A stretch of 64,000 bases of DNA from Oculina patagonica (taxonomy: Eukaryota), in assembly GCF_052425735.1 (NCBI RefSeq), contig NC_135765.1, positions 11,780,001-11,844,000 on the forward strand. The letters run 5' to 3'. The notes under the pieces are model-generated. The model was not told the DNA's origin and searched no databases. It saw only the letters and a list, made by a program, of their open reading frames with translations. Numbering within the stretch: position 1 is the first letter of the stretch; every line of letters begins with the position of its first letter. Below are positions 1 through 12,679 of this stretch, in pieces. A program made the translations under genes and the position numbers.

Positions 1-445
1 TTTTCAATGTTGGTCAGGAATGTGTTGGACAAAAAAATTTATTATGACTTAGATGAAACATCCAACATGCATGTTCCAATAAGATTGTCCCAACATGTCA
101 AGGATGATGAAACACTTGGACCAATAAATTATTTTTACTTGGATGATGTTGAATCAAAATATTGAGTCTGTCTGACCAGGGTTTTAGTTGGGCCGTTCTA
201 ATTGATGACAATTGAAATGGTTGACAGGGCAATTTTTAGAATGCTTGTGCTATTTTTAATGAGAAACAAGAAATGGAAAATCTTTGGGTGCCTGTACACC
301 TGTACATGAGTGTACAATGATTTGCCAAAACGAGTACTTGTTCCTCCAGATAGCATACATGTAGCAGCAGTGTTGGGTGTGCATGTACATGAATTGTATG
401 ATGGCATCATAGCAGTGACAGTGGCATGCAGTAACATTTTCTCAC

Positions 446-3400
446 CTGAAGATTTGTCTTGGTATTTATCAGGGGACCAGTGAGACTCAACAGCTTTACT
501 TCTGGTTTTGATCTCCTCCTCACTTGCAAGCAGAACAGACAACAGCTGCATTTACAGAATAAGAATGAAAGATGCAAGTTACAACAGCTGTACTTGGCAC
601 ATGTTCAGTTAACTTGTGTCACAGGGGGCCTTAACAATTAGTAGCCTGTTAGTTTGTGCATGTACATACAGGTACACAATGTACCCCTGGATCTCGTACA
701 AAAAATTTGTTACAGTTCATGTATATAAAAAAAGAATCTTTAGTTGGGAACCACACCTAAGACACTTGATTTACATTATTTTGGTGCCTGGATGATTACA
801 TGTACACAATCATGCAGTATTAACAAGTTTATTAAGAGTGTATCCATAAGAGGACCAGGCAACAGGTCATACAGCTCATATCACCGATTTCGCCCAAACT
901 TAGCATAAATGTTGGGTATGGTGAGCTATTTACTGTGACAAAACATCAGCTCAAAATATTTTATTCCCTTCAAGTTATGGCACCTTTTGCAAAAATGGCC
1001 ATTTTTCACTAATTTATGCATATTTAATTAGCTGACTTTGATTGACCAGTTCCACAAGAAAAAAAGACTTCTGAAAATAAATTTCACTGCATTATATTCT
1101 GTGGTTATTAGGCTTTAAGTACAATAATTCACTTCAACCGTCTGATTTGATTTCTTCTCCTCAAACGGTCTTTTGGAAGGTACACATTTCGTACTGTTGG
1201 AAATAGCCTTTAACTAGTGCCCATTATCTCCCATGAGCAACAACTTATATACATTATTCTTACATGGGTAATGAAGTCCATCATTAAACTTCACAAAAAT
1301 GCAACAAAATGTCTGGGGACTTCAATATTCTATTAGTATTGAGGAACTAAACACACATGACTTAACGATTTCTTGCTATTTCATCAAAATTCACCGAAAC
1401 ACAGAAACCATTTATTTGCCTCAATTTGGCACAAAATCAGTACGAAATAGCTAATCAAGTATAAATTTATAGATAACAATCAAAATATTGGCGAAGATTG
1501 GCAGTTAGGGCATTTTTCGGAGCGTTTTCAGAGCCATATAATTCGGCAATGTTGTGATAGTAAATGTAAAAATAGCAGCGAAAGATTTTCTTCAAAAGCT
1601 CGCTCAATTCAACATTTAGGCACATCAAAGTTAAGAAACAAGAAAGTAATACTACATACATGCCACTTATCGACACACAGATGCTTTCTTTTGAAGAATT
1701 TGTTCTTCCTCGCTGCACTTCGATCCTTCAATCGATCTCAATTGACATGTACTGTTGCTTTGAGGCGCGATGAACTTAGCCAATACATCGTGGTTCATCC
1801 TTCGTGAAAGGTGTAAACAGGTTGTCAATAAAGTCATTCAAAGAGCTGTTTAAAGTTCACGGAAGGGCACTTGTCTCAGCCAGTTTGAATGAAATAAATT
1901 TAACTGAAAAATAAACAGCCGCCATGTTGTATTTGTACCTTTGAGCCTGCCGTTTCAGTCAGCGGTAAAGCCGTACACTTGGGCAAGTACGTAGTGTAGT
2001 CATCATATAGTTGTTTGACTAAATCCTATATAGGGATGTTCATAGAGGGGATACATAGCCTAGCCCTACACAGCTATACACGCCTATACATAGCCCAACA
2101 CAGCTATACACAGCTATACACACGCGTGTTCATTTGCTTTTCCTTCGCAAATGTTTGTTTTCGTCGGAATAAGTAGCGGATGGTGTTATCTACCCTCTGA
2201 ACAACCGGGGCTTGATCTTAGCCTTATAAGTAGTGTGCGTTTCTTGTAAAAGTGAGAATTTTTTTCAACTTCTCCATTGAATTTTTTTGATAAATAGTTG
2301 AAGAGAAATACACTGGATGCAGTGTAATGTATGCGATGCAATCGGTTTTGATGCTCTGAAATTGAGCTCTGAAATGTCGGAAACCATTAAATAATCAGAG
2401 CAAGTTTTTCCATCTTATATCAGGTTAAAACTAGTATGTTTATTGTTTTTTTTGTTGTTTCTGTCTTTTTTGGGAGGTGGGGGAGGGGGTGAATATGGAC
2501 ATTCGAAGAAATGGCGGTCAGGTTGTCAGCCTGGCCTGTGCACATCTATTCCTTCTGTTCAAATCGTCTATATTATATTACACTTTGGCAGCTAGGAGAC
2601 TGAATTTGTACCCACTCTCTTTTCTCGTTCTCCATCTGTCCATTTACCGATAAACGTCATTACTGCAGTTTTATTAATTTGTTTTAGAAAAGGGCTTTTA
2701 TGGGGACAAATTTTTCCTCCTGAATGCCCACATTGCAAGTGACGAATTGCGGCTTCAAATGATAATTTTCTTCATCACCGACTCAATTTAAGTGGCTATG
2801 TGAGTTACAAAGACGCGAATGCAGACTTTTGTAGAGAGCTCAAACCCCGCATTAAAACTAAACAAATTTATTGTAAGACTAGGACTACGCAAGACGGCAA
2901 AACTTATTAGCTAATGTTTCAACCAGCACAGGTAGCCTTCTCCAAGCTTGCTCGGGACCGTACTTGGCGAATATTGGCCCTCGGTCTTTTTTGTACGGAC
3001 CTCGCTGCGCTCGATCCGTACTGTTAAGACCTCGGGCCAATATTCGCCCAGTACGGCCCTCGCGCGTGGTTAATAAGAGATTTATTTTACGACTGGAAAC
3101 TTTGTGTATTAAGAATTGCTACCCGGTAGATGTCGTGGAAAACAATATGCGGCAAAACTTTTACGCGCGCCAAAGGAGTTAAAATTATTTCTGTGTTGAA
3201 GGTCATTTCATTTTCAAAGCAATAAAAACTCCGAAAAATTTTTACAAAAAAAAATCTTGCAAAAAATCTTGCGCTAAATCGCGCGGGAATTAGTGCGGGA
3301 TCATCTGGGACAAAACCCGGTCCGATACTTGGAAAATATCAGCCCGCGGGACCGGAAATAAAGTAATCTGATTGGCTGATTTAGTTATTGGCCCTCGGAC

Positions 3401-6400
3401 CGCCTTAGTCGTGTAATAAATGTATTTATTTTTTTATCAGAGGGCACGGTAATGAATCCTGCAATCTGATTGGTTCTTAGCGCGGGCAAGATTCTCTTAT
3501 ATCTGCCCACGGGCCACGGTAACGCTTTCGTGAGTTTTTGTCTTGTGTTTCAATGGAGAAAAAAAAAAAAAAAAGTTATTTACCGGCTTAGGGTCGGTCC
3601 GTATAGTGAAAAACTGTGACCTCGGCCTTGAAAATGCTGCCCTCGGCCTGCGGCCTCGGGCAGCATTTTCAAGACCTCAGTCACAGTTTTTCACTATACG
3701 GACCTCCCAGCCGGCAAATAACATATATATATTTGCTGCGCCATATAGACTGCGTCCCTAAAGGCATTTCGTACGTGAATTCTTTGTTCAGTTCAGCACA
3801 GACGCTCCCCCAACTAAAGCACTTGCGCAAGAAACGATTACAAAACCTACCTCGCTATCCACCGTATAGTGATTTATCCCGTGGTAAACGTTATTCTCCA
3901 ATTTTGCTGAGTTATTCATTTTTTCCCATTTATGCCCCGGGGTAGGGGAATTTGGTCAAAAAATGTAATCGTTATGCGCGGTATTAATCACTATTCCCGC
4001 CAGGGGAGGGGAATTTGAACAAGCAATAAAAAAATACAAATGTCTGGAAAGTAACTGGGAGACGTTGAAATTTTGATCTATTTAACTGTGTAGCGTCTTT
4101 TATGCTAAAAATAATTGTTTATGTTCCAAAATGACGCTAAATGGCGGTATAAAACTGCTCCGACGTTTCGGCAATACTGCCTTCTTCAGGGTGCCACCCG
4201 CAAAAAGGCAGTATTGCCGAGACGTCGGAGCAGTTTTATACCGCCATTTAGCGTCATTTTGGAACATAAACAATTATTTTGATTTGGTTGTGGTGCATGC
4301 CGACCGTTAGCCTGCGTAGCAGGCGTCTGTGTAGTTTTTAGCGCGCGTAAAAGAGTGCGCGATCGCGAGAAGGCCACGCGAGGTAAAAATAGAGGAGACG
4401 CCGTCTTCTCGATTTTTTCCTCGCGTGGCGCTCTCGCGCCTTTCGCGTTTCTCCCATGCGCGCGCTAGAAACTAACGACGCCTGCCACGCAGGCTAGCCG
4501 ACCGTTGAACAGAAAAATCAAGAACTCTGTCTCGGTGAAAGTCAAATGAAACAGTATTTTTTCTGGAAAATCTCTTCGGAGATTGACGGAACGTCAGAAA
4601 TTTTCTTACCATTTGTAAGGTTTCCCAGTTCTAGTTTCCCATGCATCAGGTCTCCCATCAACGGAAAGAAATAACAGGAAACTGAGCTACAAATGGTAAG
4701 CGACATCTATTTCGGTTAGTTTGCTAATTTTGGAAAGAAGCCTTTCCATTTTTCAGTGGTCATTCCAACCGGTTCTCTCCAACAAATGGTAAGCACCCTA
4801 GAGTTCGTTCAGCATCACATTGCGGTAAACACGTCAAGCTGTAGCGGAGGAAATTGTTTTCCCTACGACAATTGAAAATATTCTCATTTTCATCACAAAC
4901 GCATCCAACGAACACTCGGGGAGGAAAAGCAAATGATCGCGCGTGTGGTGTGGTCACGCGTGATGGACGCGTGATGCCCAGTGAACAGCCGTACCGCTGA
5001 CTGAAACGGCAGGCTCAAAGGTAGAAATTCAACATGGCGGCTGTTTATTTTCCAGTTAAATTTATTTCATGCAAACTGGCTGAGACAAGTGTCCTTCCGT
5101 AAACTTTGAACAGCTCTTTGAATGACTTTATTGACAACCTGCTTACACCTTTCACGAAGGATGAACCACGATGGATTGACTAAGTTCAGCGCGCCTCAAA
5201 GCAACAGTACATGTCAATTGAGATCGATCAAAGAATCGAAGTGCAGCGAGGAAGAACAAATTCTTCAAAAGAAAGCATCTGTGTGTCGATAAGTGGCATG
5301 TATGTAGTATTACTTTCTTGTTTCTTTACTCTGATGTGCCTAAATGTTGAATTGAGCGAGCTTGTAAAGAAAATCTTTCGCTGCTGTTTTTACATTTGCT
5401 ATATCACAACATTGCCGAATTATATGGCTCTGAAAACGCTCCGAAAAATGTCCTAACTGCCTTTTCTTCGCCAATATTTTGATTGTTATCTTTAGATTAA
5501 TGCTTGATTAGCTATTTCGTTCCGATTTTATGCCAAATTGAGGCAAATAAATGGCTTCTGTGTTTCGGTGAATTTTGATGAAATAGCAAGAAATCGTTAA
5601 GTCACGTGTGTTTAGTTCTCAATACTAATAAAATATTGTAGTCCCCAGACATTTTGTTGCATTTTTGTAAAGTTTAATGATGGACTTCATTACCCATGTA
5701 AGAATAATGTATATAAGTTGTTGCTCATGGGAGATATTGGGCACTAGTTAAAGGCTATTTCCAACAGTACGAAATGTGTACCTTCCAAAAGACCGTTTGA
5801 GGAGAAGAAATCAAATTTGACGGTTCAAGTGAATTATTGTACTTAAAGCCTAATAACCACAGAATATAGTGCAGTGAAATTTATTTTCAGAAGTCTTTTT
5901 TTCTTGTGGAACTGGTCAATCAAAGTCAGCTAATTAAATATGCATAAATTAGTGAAAAATGGCCATTTTTGCAAAAGGTGCCATAACTTGAAGGGAATAA
6001 AATATTTTGAGTTGATGTTTTGCCACAGTAAATAGCTCACCATACCCAACATTTATGCTAAGTTTGGGCGAAATCGGTGATATGAGCTGTAGCACCTGTT
6101 GCATGGTTCTGCCCTGTTCTCTCACGGGCACACTCTTAAAAGTGTTTGTTCCAAAATTTGGTCACAGTGCCTTGGCACAGGAAGAAATATCTTGGGGTCT
6201 CAGGGTTGGAAACTAAAATTCCGGAGCACTCGCCATCTGGGCGAGTGACCTTCAAATTGCACTCGCCCAGATCAGTTTTCACTCGCCCAGCCACCGTAGT
6301 GGTCGATCACGATACAGACTACAATGAAAAGTCGCTGAAAATAGACCTTACTCCACAATAAAAACACGAGCACACTTCCATTAAAAGTTGAAACACAGTT

Positions 6401-9400
6401 TAATCTGATATGTATTCCTAAATACCTGTAGTTTGCAAGCAAATAGCTTTGATGGAGATTTCAAAATGTTGGTAAGCTATCGACTTATGGACAGTGTAGA
6501 TTATTTTAAATTGGAAAGTAAAAGTTCCGCTTATTTTGAATAATATATTGAAAATCGTACTCGCCAAACCGGGCGAGTGATCCGTGATTTGAACTCGCCC
6601 GACAGTTTTCACACTCGCCTGGGCGAGCGGGCGAGCGCTAATTTCCAACCCTGGGGTCTGGAAAGCCTTATTTTCATAAGGGCTGGCCGGGCATTCTCCT
6701 GACATGTCTTTATTTTTTTACATGTCACAGCAATAACATTACTGTAAAAGTAACCCAAGTGTGTCTGTTTATGGAAGGTAGCCAACTCACTGCTGGTTAT
6801 ATTACAAAATGCTACAGTATTATATGTGCATGCAGTGTTCAAGTGGGATGACCAGGACCATGACTCAGTGTCCTTGCAATTAAGGGTGGGGGGCAGGGGG
6901 TGGACACTTACATGTACAAGAGATGTCTTAAAGTAAATGTTTCCATGAATAACAGAAACAAAAAACTACATATATTACAGGCAACAGTTTACCAACCTCA
7001 GAATTTAGGGATCCCTGTGCATTTCCAGGGGATGGAAGAGGCATTGCAGATGGTGCGATAGGCAGCCTGTCCAATGGGGATCCCAAAACCGCAGGTTTAC
7101 TGGCTCCAGCATCGGCATTTGTCCCACTGGAATTACTTCCACTGCTTGTCGTGTTACTGGAGCTGTTTCCACAGGGAATGGAGTTCCAGATGAGGGCTCC
7201 AGGACAACTGATGGCGATAGTTTGGAGAACGGAACTCAGTGCTAGAACAAGGGCGTGGTGCTGAGGGCATGTCTTGTACTGCGAGAGGACAGGAAGTGAC
7301 TGAGCACTGATGGCTGTCAAAGTTGAGCTGTCAAAATAAGCCAAAAAAAAGAAAACTGTAACTCTACCACTCTTACCACAAGTAGATGTTGATTTAGTTG
7401 TTATAATGTCTAAATTCCAAATTTTACGAGACAAGGGAGACAAGTGCTTGTGCTGTTTTGGAAAAGCCAGATGTCTCAGGAAGCCCCTTCATTAGCGCTA
7501 ATCTTGGCTGTACTTTGTTGTTGATTGTTCACTTGACTTTATACCTTTCTGAAGTAATGGATGGTACAGGGCTTGGCACAGATGAACTGCTTGTCCTAGT
7601 AGAACTGCTGCTTGCTCCTTGATTTTGCTGTTCAGATTGCATCTGCTCAGCTGCAGAATATAATGTTGACAGCTTCCTGGAACAAACTTGGGCGAGGCTT
7701 CTGGCAAGGGTTTGAGACATGACTACCTGGTCAACATACTAGAAATGAAAATGACAACAATGAAAAGTAAGTTACAGCATAAAAACGTGTTTGCTGTGCA
7801 CAGTTGTAATGTATTTTGTTCAGTGGCCTACACAGCTGACACTTAGCTTATGGTTCCTGTAACATGATGTGACCAATCAACTGTCAAAGTGGACCCTGGG
7901 ACTGCTGTAAGGCATACAACTCCCTAAAATGGACAAGGTTGGCCAGGCTGGCTAGTCCTGGCCACTGCAAATTTGACTTGTTTATCTTTAACTGGACTCT
8001 CATTAAGGTGGACACCTCCCTTAGGCAGTTACCTAAGTTTAAATTGATATTGGATCAGAGGGTGAACTCCTTAGAGAGAGGTCACTGTATAGGAGTCTGG
8101 AGACTGCAGAATATGTACTGTACCCACAACTCACACAAATAGAATGCTCAACGTCACAAATTTCTATTACACAATATTATAATTATTTTAAGCTTTGTTA
8201 ACAGAATGGACAGCATATTTTACCCTAAGCAGAAGAGGGATTAGGAATTTTAGCAGCAAGTCATCAGCATTCTTGCTTTTATCCAACAAATCCAACAGCC
8301 AGTTAAGAAAGTCTTGTCTATCAAGAAGGCTCTCCTGCAAAATAATTATGTACAAAAATAAATAAGAATCATAATGAAACAATAGCTTTGAATAGCTAAG
8401 TGACTTGACAAAGAACACAACACCATAAAGTAGCCCAGACAGTGCTTGAACCAGTGCTCAATCCAGAGTCCAAACTGCATTACATTGTATGCACAGTTTC
8501 CTAAATACATATACATGTAAGTATTCATTTTCTTTATGGATGCTGGTCCTGTTAACAACTATAATCATGGAAGATGGGTGCCTGGCATGAATGGAGCCTC
8601 CACTGTGATTAGTCAGCCTTTAAACAGTAAACTGCTCCCATCACTGGGAACACCTGCAACCAAGCCATGTGCCGTCATGGAGAGTTGGTACCCATTAGAA
8701 TTTTCACAGAGAAGGGAATGGGGGAAGGGGTGGCAGTGAAGTGTCAACAAAAGAACCAAAGGTTCACACCTGCTCTCACTGACTGTAAATTCAATGTTTC
8801 AAAATGCAAGTTTATCCCAACACAATTTGAATGTTGTAGAACCTCTCACCTCATACAGCCAGTGTGATAATCGTACAGTGTAGTTCCACTGTTTCAATGC
8901 TTGTTCCATTTCAGGCGTCATTCTTTGTTGGTGCTGGGAGGAAGTTATCCCACCAAAGTGGCTTTGATAGAAATCTGCAATCTTGTTTAACTGGTCCTTC
9001 AAGAATTTTGTTAGAGCATGGGTCCAGTCTAAAAAAAATACAGCATACACATGTAGATCTTGTTTGTGCATTAGACGAGGGATTGGGAGGTTCAAAGTTT
9101 AAGTCCATGCACTTATTGTTCAGTGCCTGTACAGTGCCTGCTAATGTCTGGGAAATCCTCAAAATACTGTTTGGTTGTCTCAGCGCTAGCAGTGCATGAT
9201 TTTAGCCCTGACAGAGTAAGAGAGGTCAAGCTTACAATGTACTACATGTTTGTTCATTGTACCTTCTCAAACTACTGCATGCATTTGTTATGGTTTTTCT
9301 TGACTTGTATACATGTATGTATGTTATGGTTTAATTTTACACTGTTAAAGTGATGCATGCCTATGTACATGAAGTACATGTTACAAAAACAAAAGGATTA

Positions 9401-12400
9401 ATACCTGATGCAGGGTCTGCCATAATTCTTTTCTTGCCCTTGGACTCATTGACGCCTGTGTTGTAAGCTGATGATATTTTTATAAACCATGCAGCTCGCA
9501 GCATTGGAATGGAGTAATCACACAGACTACTAAATATTTCCTCTTTCTTATTGAAAATTGGCACCTGCAGTAATGGACAAACAATATTACAACTAATATG
9601 AAATGAATATATGAAAATCATATATTTGTACTGCGGATATACATTTTAAGCAAATGAAAGACCATCGCAGTAATGTACTCAACTTAAGCAGTTGAGAAAA
9701 GCAAGCCTGAAAAAAAAATTCAAGCTTGAACGGGAATCGAACCCATGACCTCTGCGATACTAGTGCAGCGCTGCACTAGTATCGCAGAGGTCATGGGTTC
9801 GATATTACAACTGCTGTCAAACCTCTGGCCTGTACAGTAGATAAATATCAATAAACCATAATTTTTTCATATTACCAGTATTGTACTGGAACTAGCTTGT
9901 AATTAAGGCTATGGGGAATCTTTTCAAATGCAAATCACTTAAAGCTCCTATTAATGATATTCCCTGCATTAGTCTCCATTGCAAGCTAGTTCCTGTCCAA
10001 TACCAAAAATATGAATATATGGTCTACTGAGCTTCTTTGATCCTTTATTTGCCCTATCAGTGATCATTACTTATCTTGTGGGTGGGGACAGGGGGGTCTG
10101 AACCTCCCGCCTCCCGTACCGCTTACTCCCGCTTCCCGTACCTTTTACTCCCACTTCCTGCCCCTTTCCGTAGTGGCACCCTTCTCTTTGTCCCCTATCT
10201 ATTGTGAAATGTAATGAAACATTGCAAAATTTTACTTGTTTTCTTCCAGTTCCCGCCTCCTTAGGAATCCCACTTTCCGCCCTCTTTTCTCCTGCTTCCC
10301 ACCCTTTTTCTCCCAGTCTCCCGCGCCCCTGTCCCCCTCCACTTTCTTCTCCAGGTCATACAGTGTAGCTGGGGGGAGAAGGGACAGGCCAGGAGAGTCT
10401 GTTTAAAACGCGGGCTTGGCTCAGCATCTATTTAATTGAACCTGGTATTTATTTGAGGCCTGGCATTAATTTATTAAATGTTAAATAAGGGCATTTTTCA
10501 TCAGTTTTTACAACCACATTTTTTGTCATTGATACCTAAGGTATATTGGAAGTATAATATTATAATTATAATTTTGGGAAATTGTTCAAGGCTTGCAAAA
10601 TTGACCAAAAGGAAACTCTCAGGAAAATACTGTTAAAAGGAATTAAAAGCATTGTTTGTGTTTAGCAAATTTTCAGAAGAATGTCAAGGCATAGAGATTG
10701 TAACTGACCCAGGGGGGTACTGCGGCTTGTAAATGATGGGGATGATCGAATGAAGGCAAAACTCAGGACCCAAAAAATCCCTAAGTCTTCCGACATTACC
10801 CAAAAAAATCCCTGGACCAAAAAATAACTCCCAAAAAAATCCCTTTTCAAATATTACCCCTAAATTGCCAGGAGGGGCAATAATATAACACAAAGAAAAC
10901 CATAAAAAATTGAACACTCGTGTTTGTTTGTTCATCATACCATAAATACGCCAAGGCCGCGCCAAGGCGCTTAAGTTCGTTTTTAATACCCAAAAAATCC
11001 CCTAAAAAATCCCGGAATCAAAAATTTCAAACCCCAAAAAATCCTTCGATCATCCCCGTCATTTACAAGCCGGAGTACCCCCCCTGGGGTAACTGATGCC
11101 CTGAAATGAAAATGTACTACAGACTCACTTTCTTGGCTAAAACTGTAAGGGGTTTGTTCCCAGCAAGATCCTGAAACCATGACGATATGAATGCACGATT
11201 ACGAGCAGTTATATGCACCTGCAAAAATAGAAATGAAAGTATCAGTTTGACATTTTTCATTCATTGGGTAAGCTGCCACGCCAAAAGTAAATTATTTACA
11301 CACATGATTGTCTCTCTCTTTTTTTATCACATTCTCAATTCTTTGCCCACTTGAAAGTGTCCAAGATTGGACCCCCAAAATGGGTCCATACAAAACATGG
11401 ACCCCCTCATTTGGACTTCCTTTTGGACCCCACCTGAACCCCACCTGATCCTCATCTTGGAACAATTTGGCAGGTGTTTTGATTTCTGAAGTCACACATC
11501 AATGCAAATAGTGGTAAACTCTGTGATTCGGTTGTGAAATTGTGATTATTCCAGGCACAACGTTGTGGTAATTTATTCATTATTCAGATTTTTTATATAA
11601 TTCAATCATATTTTAGATATTTAAATCACGATCCCATCTTTTTCTGGGAAAAATAGGGGGTCTAGAATGAGATGGGGGTCCAAATGAGGGGTCCTTGTTA
11701 TGTACCAACCGCTCAAAGATGCCTTACTTAAGGGCCATTCCATTAATTTTTATATCCACACCCCCCTGTTGACAAGTTTTTTTGAAAGGGTTTTGAAAGT
11801 CATTTCTGAGGGGGTAGCTCCATCGACATTCTTTGAAGGGTTATTTCTGAAGGGTTAGGGATAAAGTTGGCTTTTGTCTGATGGGGTTAAGATTTTTTCT
11901 GAGGGGGCATCATGTCAGCAATTTGATTGTTTTTTCTTAAGAGGTAAATTTTACTTACTGGCATAAAATTATCTTTAACGGACTGTGTTTTCCTCTTGTT
12001 TCCATCTTGTGACGTAAAGGTGTTTTGTTTCTGTTTTTCCAGCAAAATGGCATTAAAGTTTTGAGCAAACTGTTAGGAAAGAAATAATACAGAGAAAAAT
12101 GAGTTCAAGCTTTAACAATAGCGACAGATTGAGTAATAATTGATATTAAATTGCAAAGTCGGAGTATCAATTGAAAATAACTTTCAGGTAAACATTGTCA
12201 ATTTCCCTGATTGATCATTCACGTACCTTCGACAGTGGCACATTCGACATGATATCTTTCGCCGATCCATACTGAAAAACAAATCGAGTACAATCAGGTT
12301 TCTTTCCATTTAGCAATTGTCACCGCATCGCATGAGGAAATGACAAATAGATTTCTACAAACCTCAATTGTTCCCGAACTGAAGGGAAGCGGCTGATAGC

Positions 12401-12584
12401 TGAAGCCTTTTTTGACGTTTTCCTCGGTGAGCTCATCCTGAGAAGATTATGAGCAAAGTGAGTATATTATTATAATAATGACATTGAACATTTCAACTTA
12501 TAATACCTCTCTTTGTTTACTGTCTTGTGGATATACGTCTGGCTGACCCAAACGTGGTCTTTTCAGAGGGCGAGGGGCCGCCAT
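446..12584 (-). CDS. MED12: Mediator complex subunit 12, 5' part (11 exons in window; gene continues past the left edge)
   Basis: GT-AG exons read by hand: 12584-12507, 12437-12363, 12271-12227, 12069-11959, 11218-11129, 9564-9405, 9028-8850, 8334-8224, 7738-7545, 7327-6997, 545-446. The spliced frame gives [30 protein letters not shown]...[26 protein letters not shown]...PMLRAAWFIK...LLDRQDFLNWLL...CPQHHALV...GSPLDRLPIAPS...EEEIKTRSKAVESHWSPDK, matching the MED12 N-terminus. Intron phases are consistent. Confidence 0.96.
3575..3722. repeat. Long hairpin repeat (non-autonomous element, class uncertain)
   Basis: GTTATTTACCGGCT...AGCCGGCAAATAAC arms of about 65 bp around a CTCGGCCTGCGGCCTCGG loop. 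A similar hairpin lies at 2956-3059. Confidence 0.7.
4108..4280. repeat. 173-bp near-perfect palindrome, Penelope-like pseudo-LTR derived
   Basis: 86-bp arms centred on 4194 with only four mismatched pairs; contains a hammerhead motif. Confidence 0.85.
4157..4194 (-). ncRNA. Minimal type I hammerhead ribozyme (Penelope-element type)
   Basis: Minus strand GCACC-CUGAAGA-A-GGCAG UAU UGCC-GAAA-C-GUC^GGAGC: intact core, stem II, palindromic ACGU stem III, and stem I with one mismatch. Confidence 0.7.
4308..4496. mobile_element. MITE with TAGCCT termini and 9-bp TSD (AcademH-like)
   Basis: TIR TAGCCTGCGT(A/G)GCAGGCGTC; TSD GCCGACCGT at 4299-4307 and 4497-4505. Confidence 0.85.
6201..6653. mobile_element. 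MITE with CAGGGTTGGAAA TIR and 6-bp TSD (hAT-like)
   Basis: CAGGGTTGGAAA...TTTCCAACCCTG; TSD GGGTCT at 6195-6200 and 6654-6659; many internal ACTCGCC subterminal motifs. Confidence 0.85.
9596..9803 (-). mobile_element. tRNA-derived SINE with snap-back 5' end
   Basis: Minus strand has a tRNA 3' half with B-box GGTTCGATTCCC, a body and a TTCAT-type tail. 9736-9803 is a perfect 68-bp palindrome. Confidence 0.7.
10708..11088. mobile_element. MITE with CCCAGGGGGGTACT TIR and 8-bp TSD
   Basis: Imperfect TIR of about 45 bp; TSD GTAACTGA at 10700-10707 and 11089-11096. Confidence 0.85.
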
Positions 12585-12679
12585 GATGGATCAAGCAGTC
12601 GAGCTGAGCCCGCTTACTGGTGAGTCCGCGGTATCAGTAGTAGGAGCTTGCGTGATATACCGGCGAGACGAAAACAAAG
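12585..12679. promoter_or_regulatory. Compact bidirectional promoter shared by MED12 and SUCLA2
   Basis: 95 bp between the divergent ATGs, CpG-rich. Start contexts CAAAGATGGCTGCC (+) and CATCATGGCGGCC (-) resemble YY1/TISU elements. Confidence 0.75.

Larger units (their letters stand above)
836..6135. mobile_element. 5.3-kb non-autonomous foldback DNA transposon with ~1.13-kb terminal inverted repeats and TTAA TSD (Kolobok-like), in MED12 intron 10
   Basis: Arms 836-~1967 and ~4992-6135 are reverse complements with scattered substitutions. Ends read TTAA|GAGTGT...ACACTC|TTAA (TTAA at 832-835 and 6136-6139). TTAA with RR...YY termini fits Kolobok rather than piggyBac (CCY). No transposase ORF inside. 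Confidence 0.8.

Noticed and set aside
1467-5456. Twin ORFs 1467-1718 (-) and 5211-5456 (+) as a duplicated gene
   Set aside because: They are the two arms of the foldback element, preceded by in-frame stops, with no recognisable domain.
836-6135. piggyBac assignment for the TTAA-flanked element
   Set aside because: Termini are GAGTGT...ACACTC, not CCY...RGG, and no transposase is present.
9720-9803. Possible tRNA gene
   Set aside because: Only the 3' half with a B-box is present, folded back on itself and attached to a SINE body.
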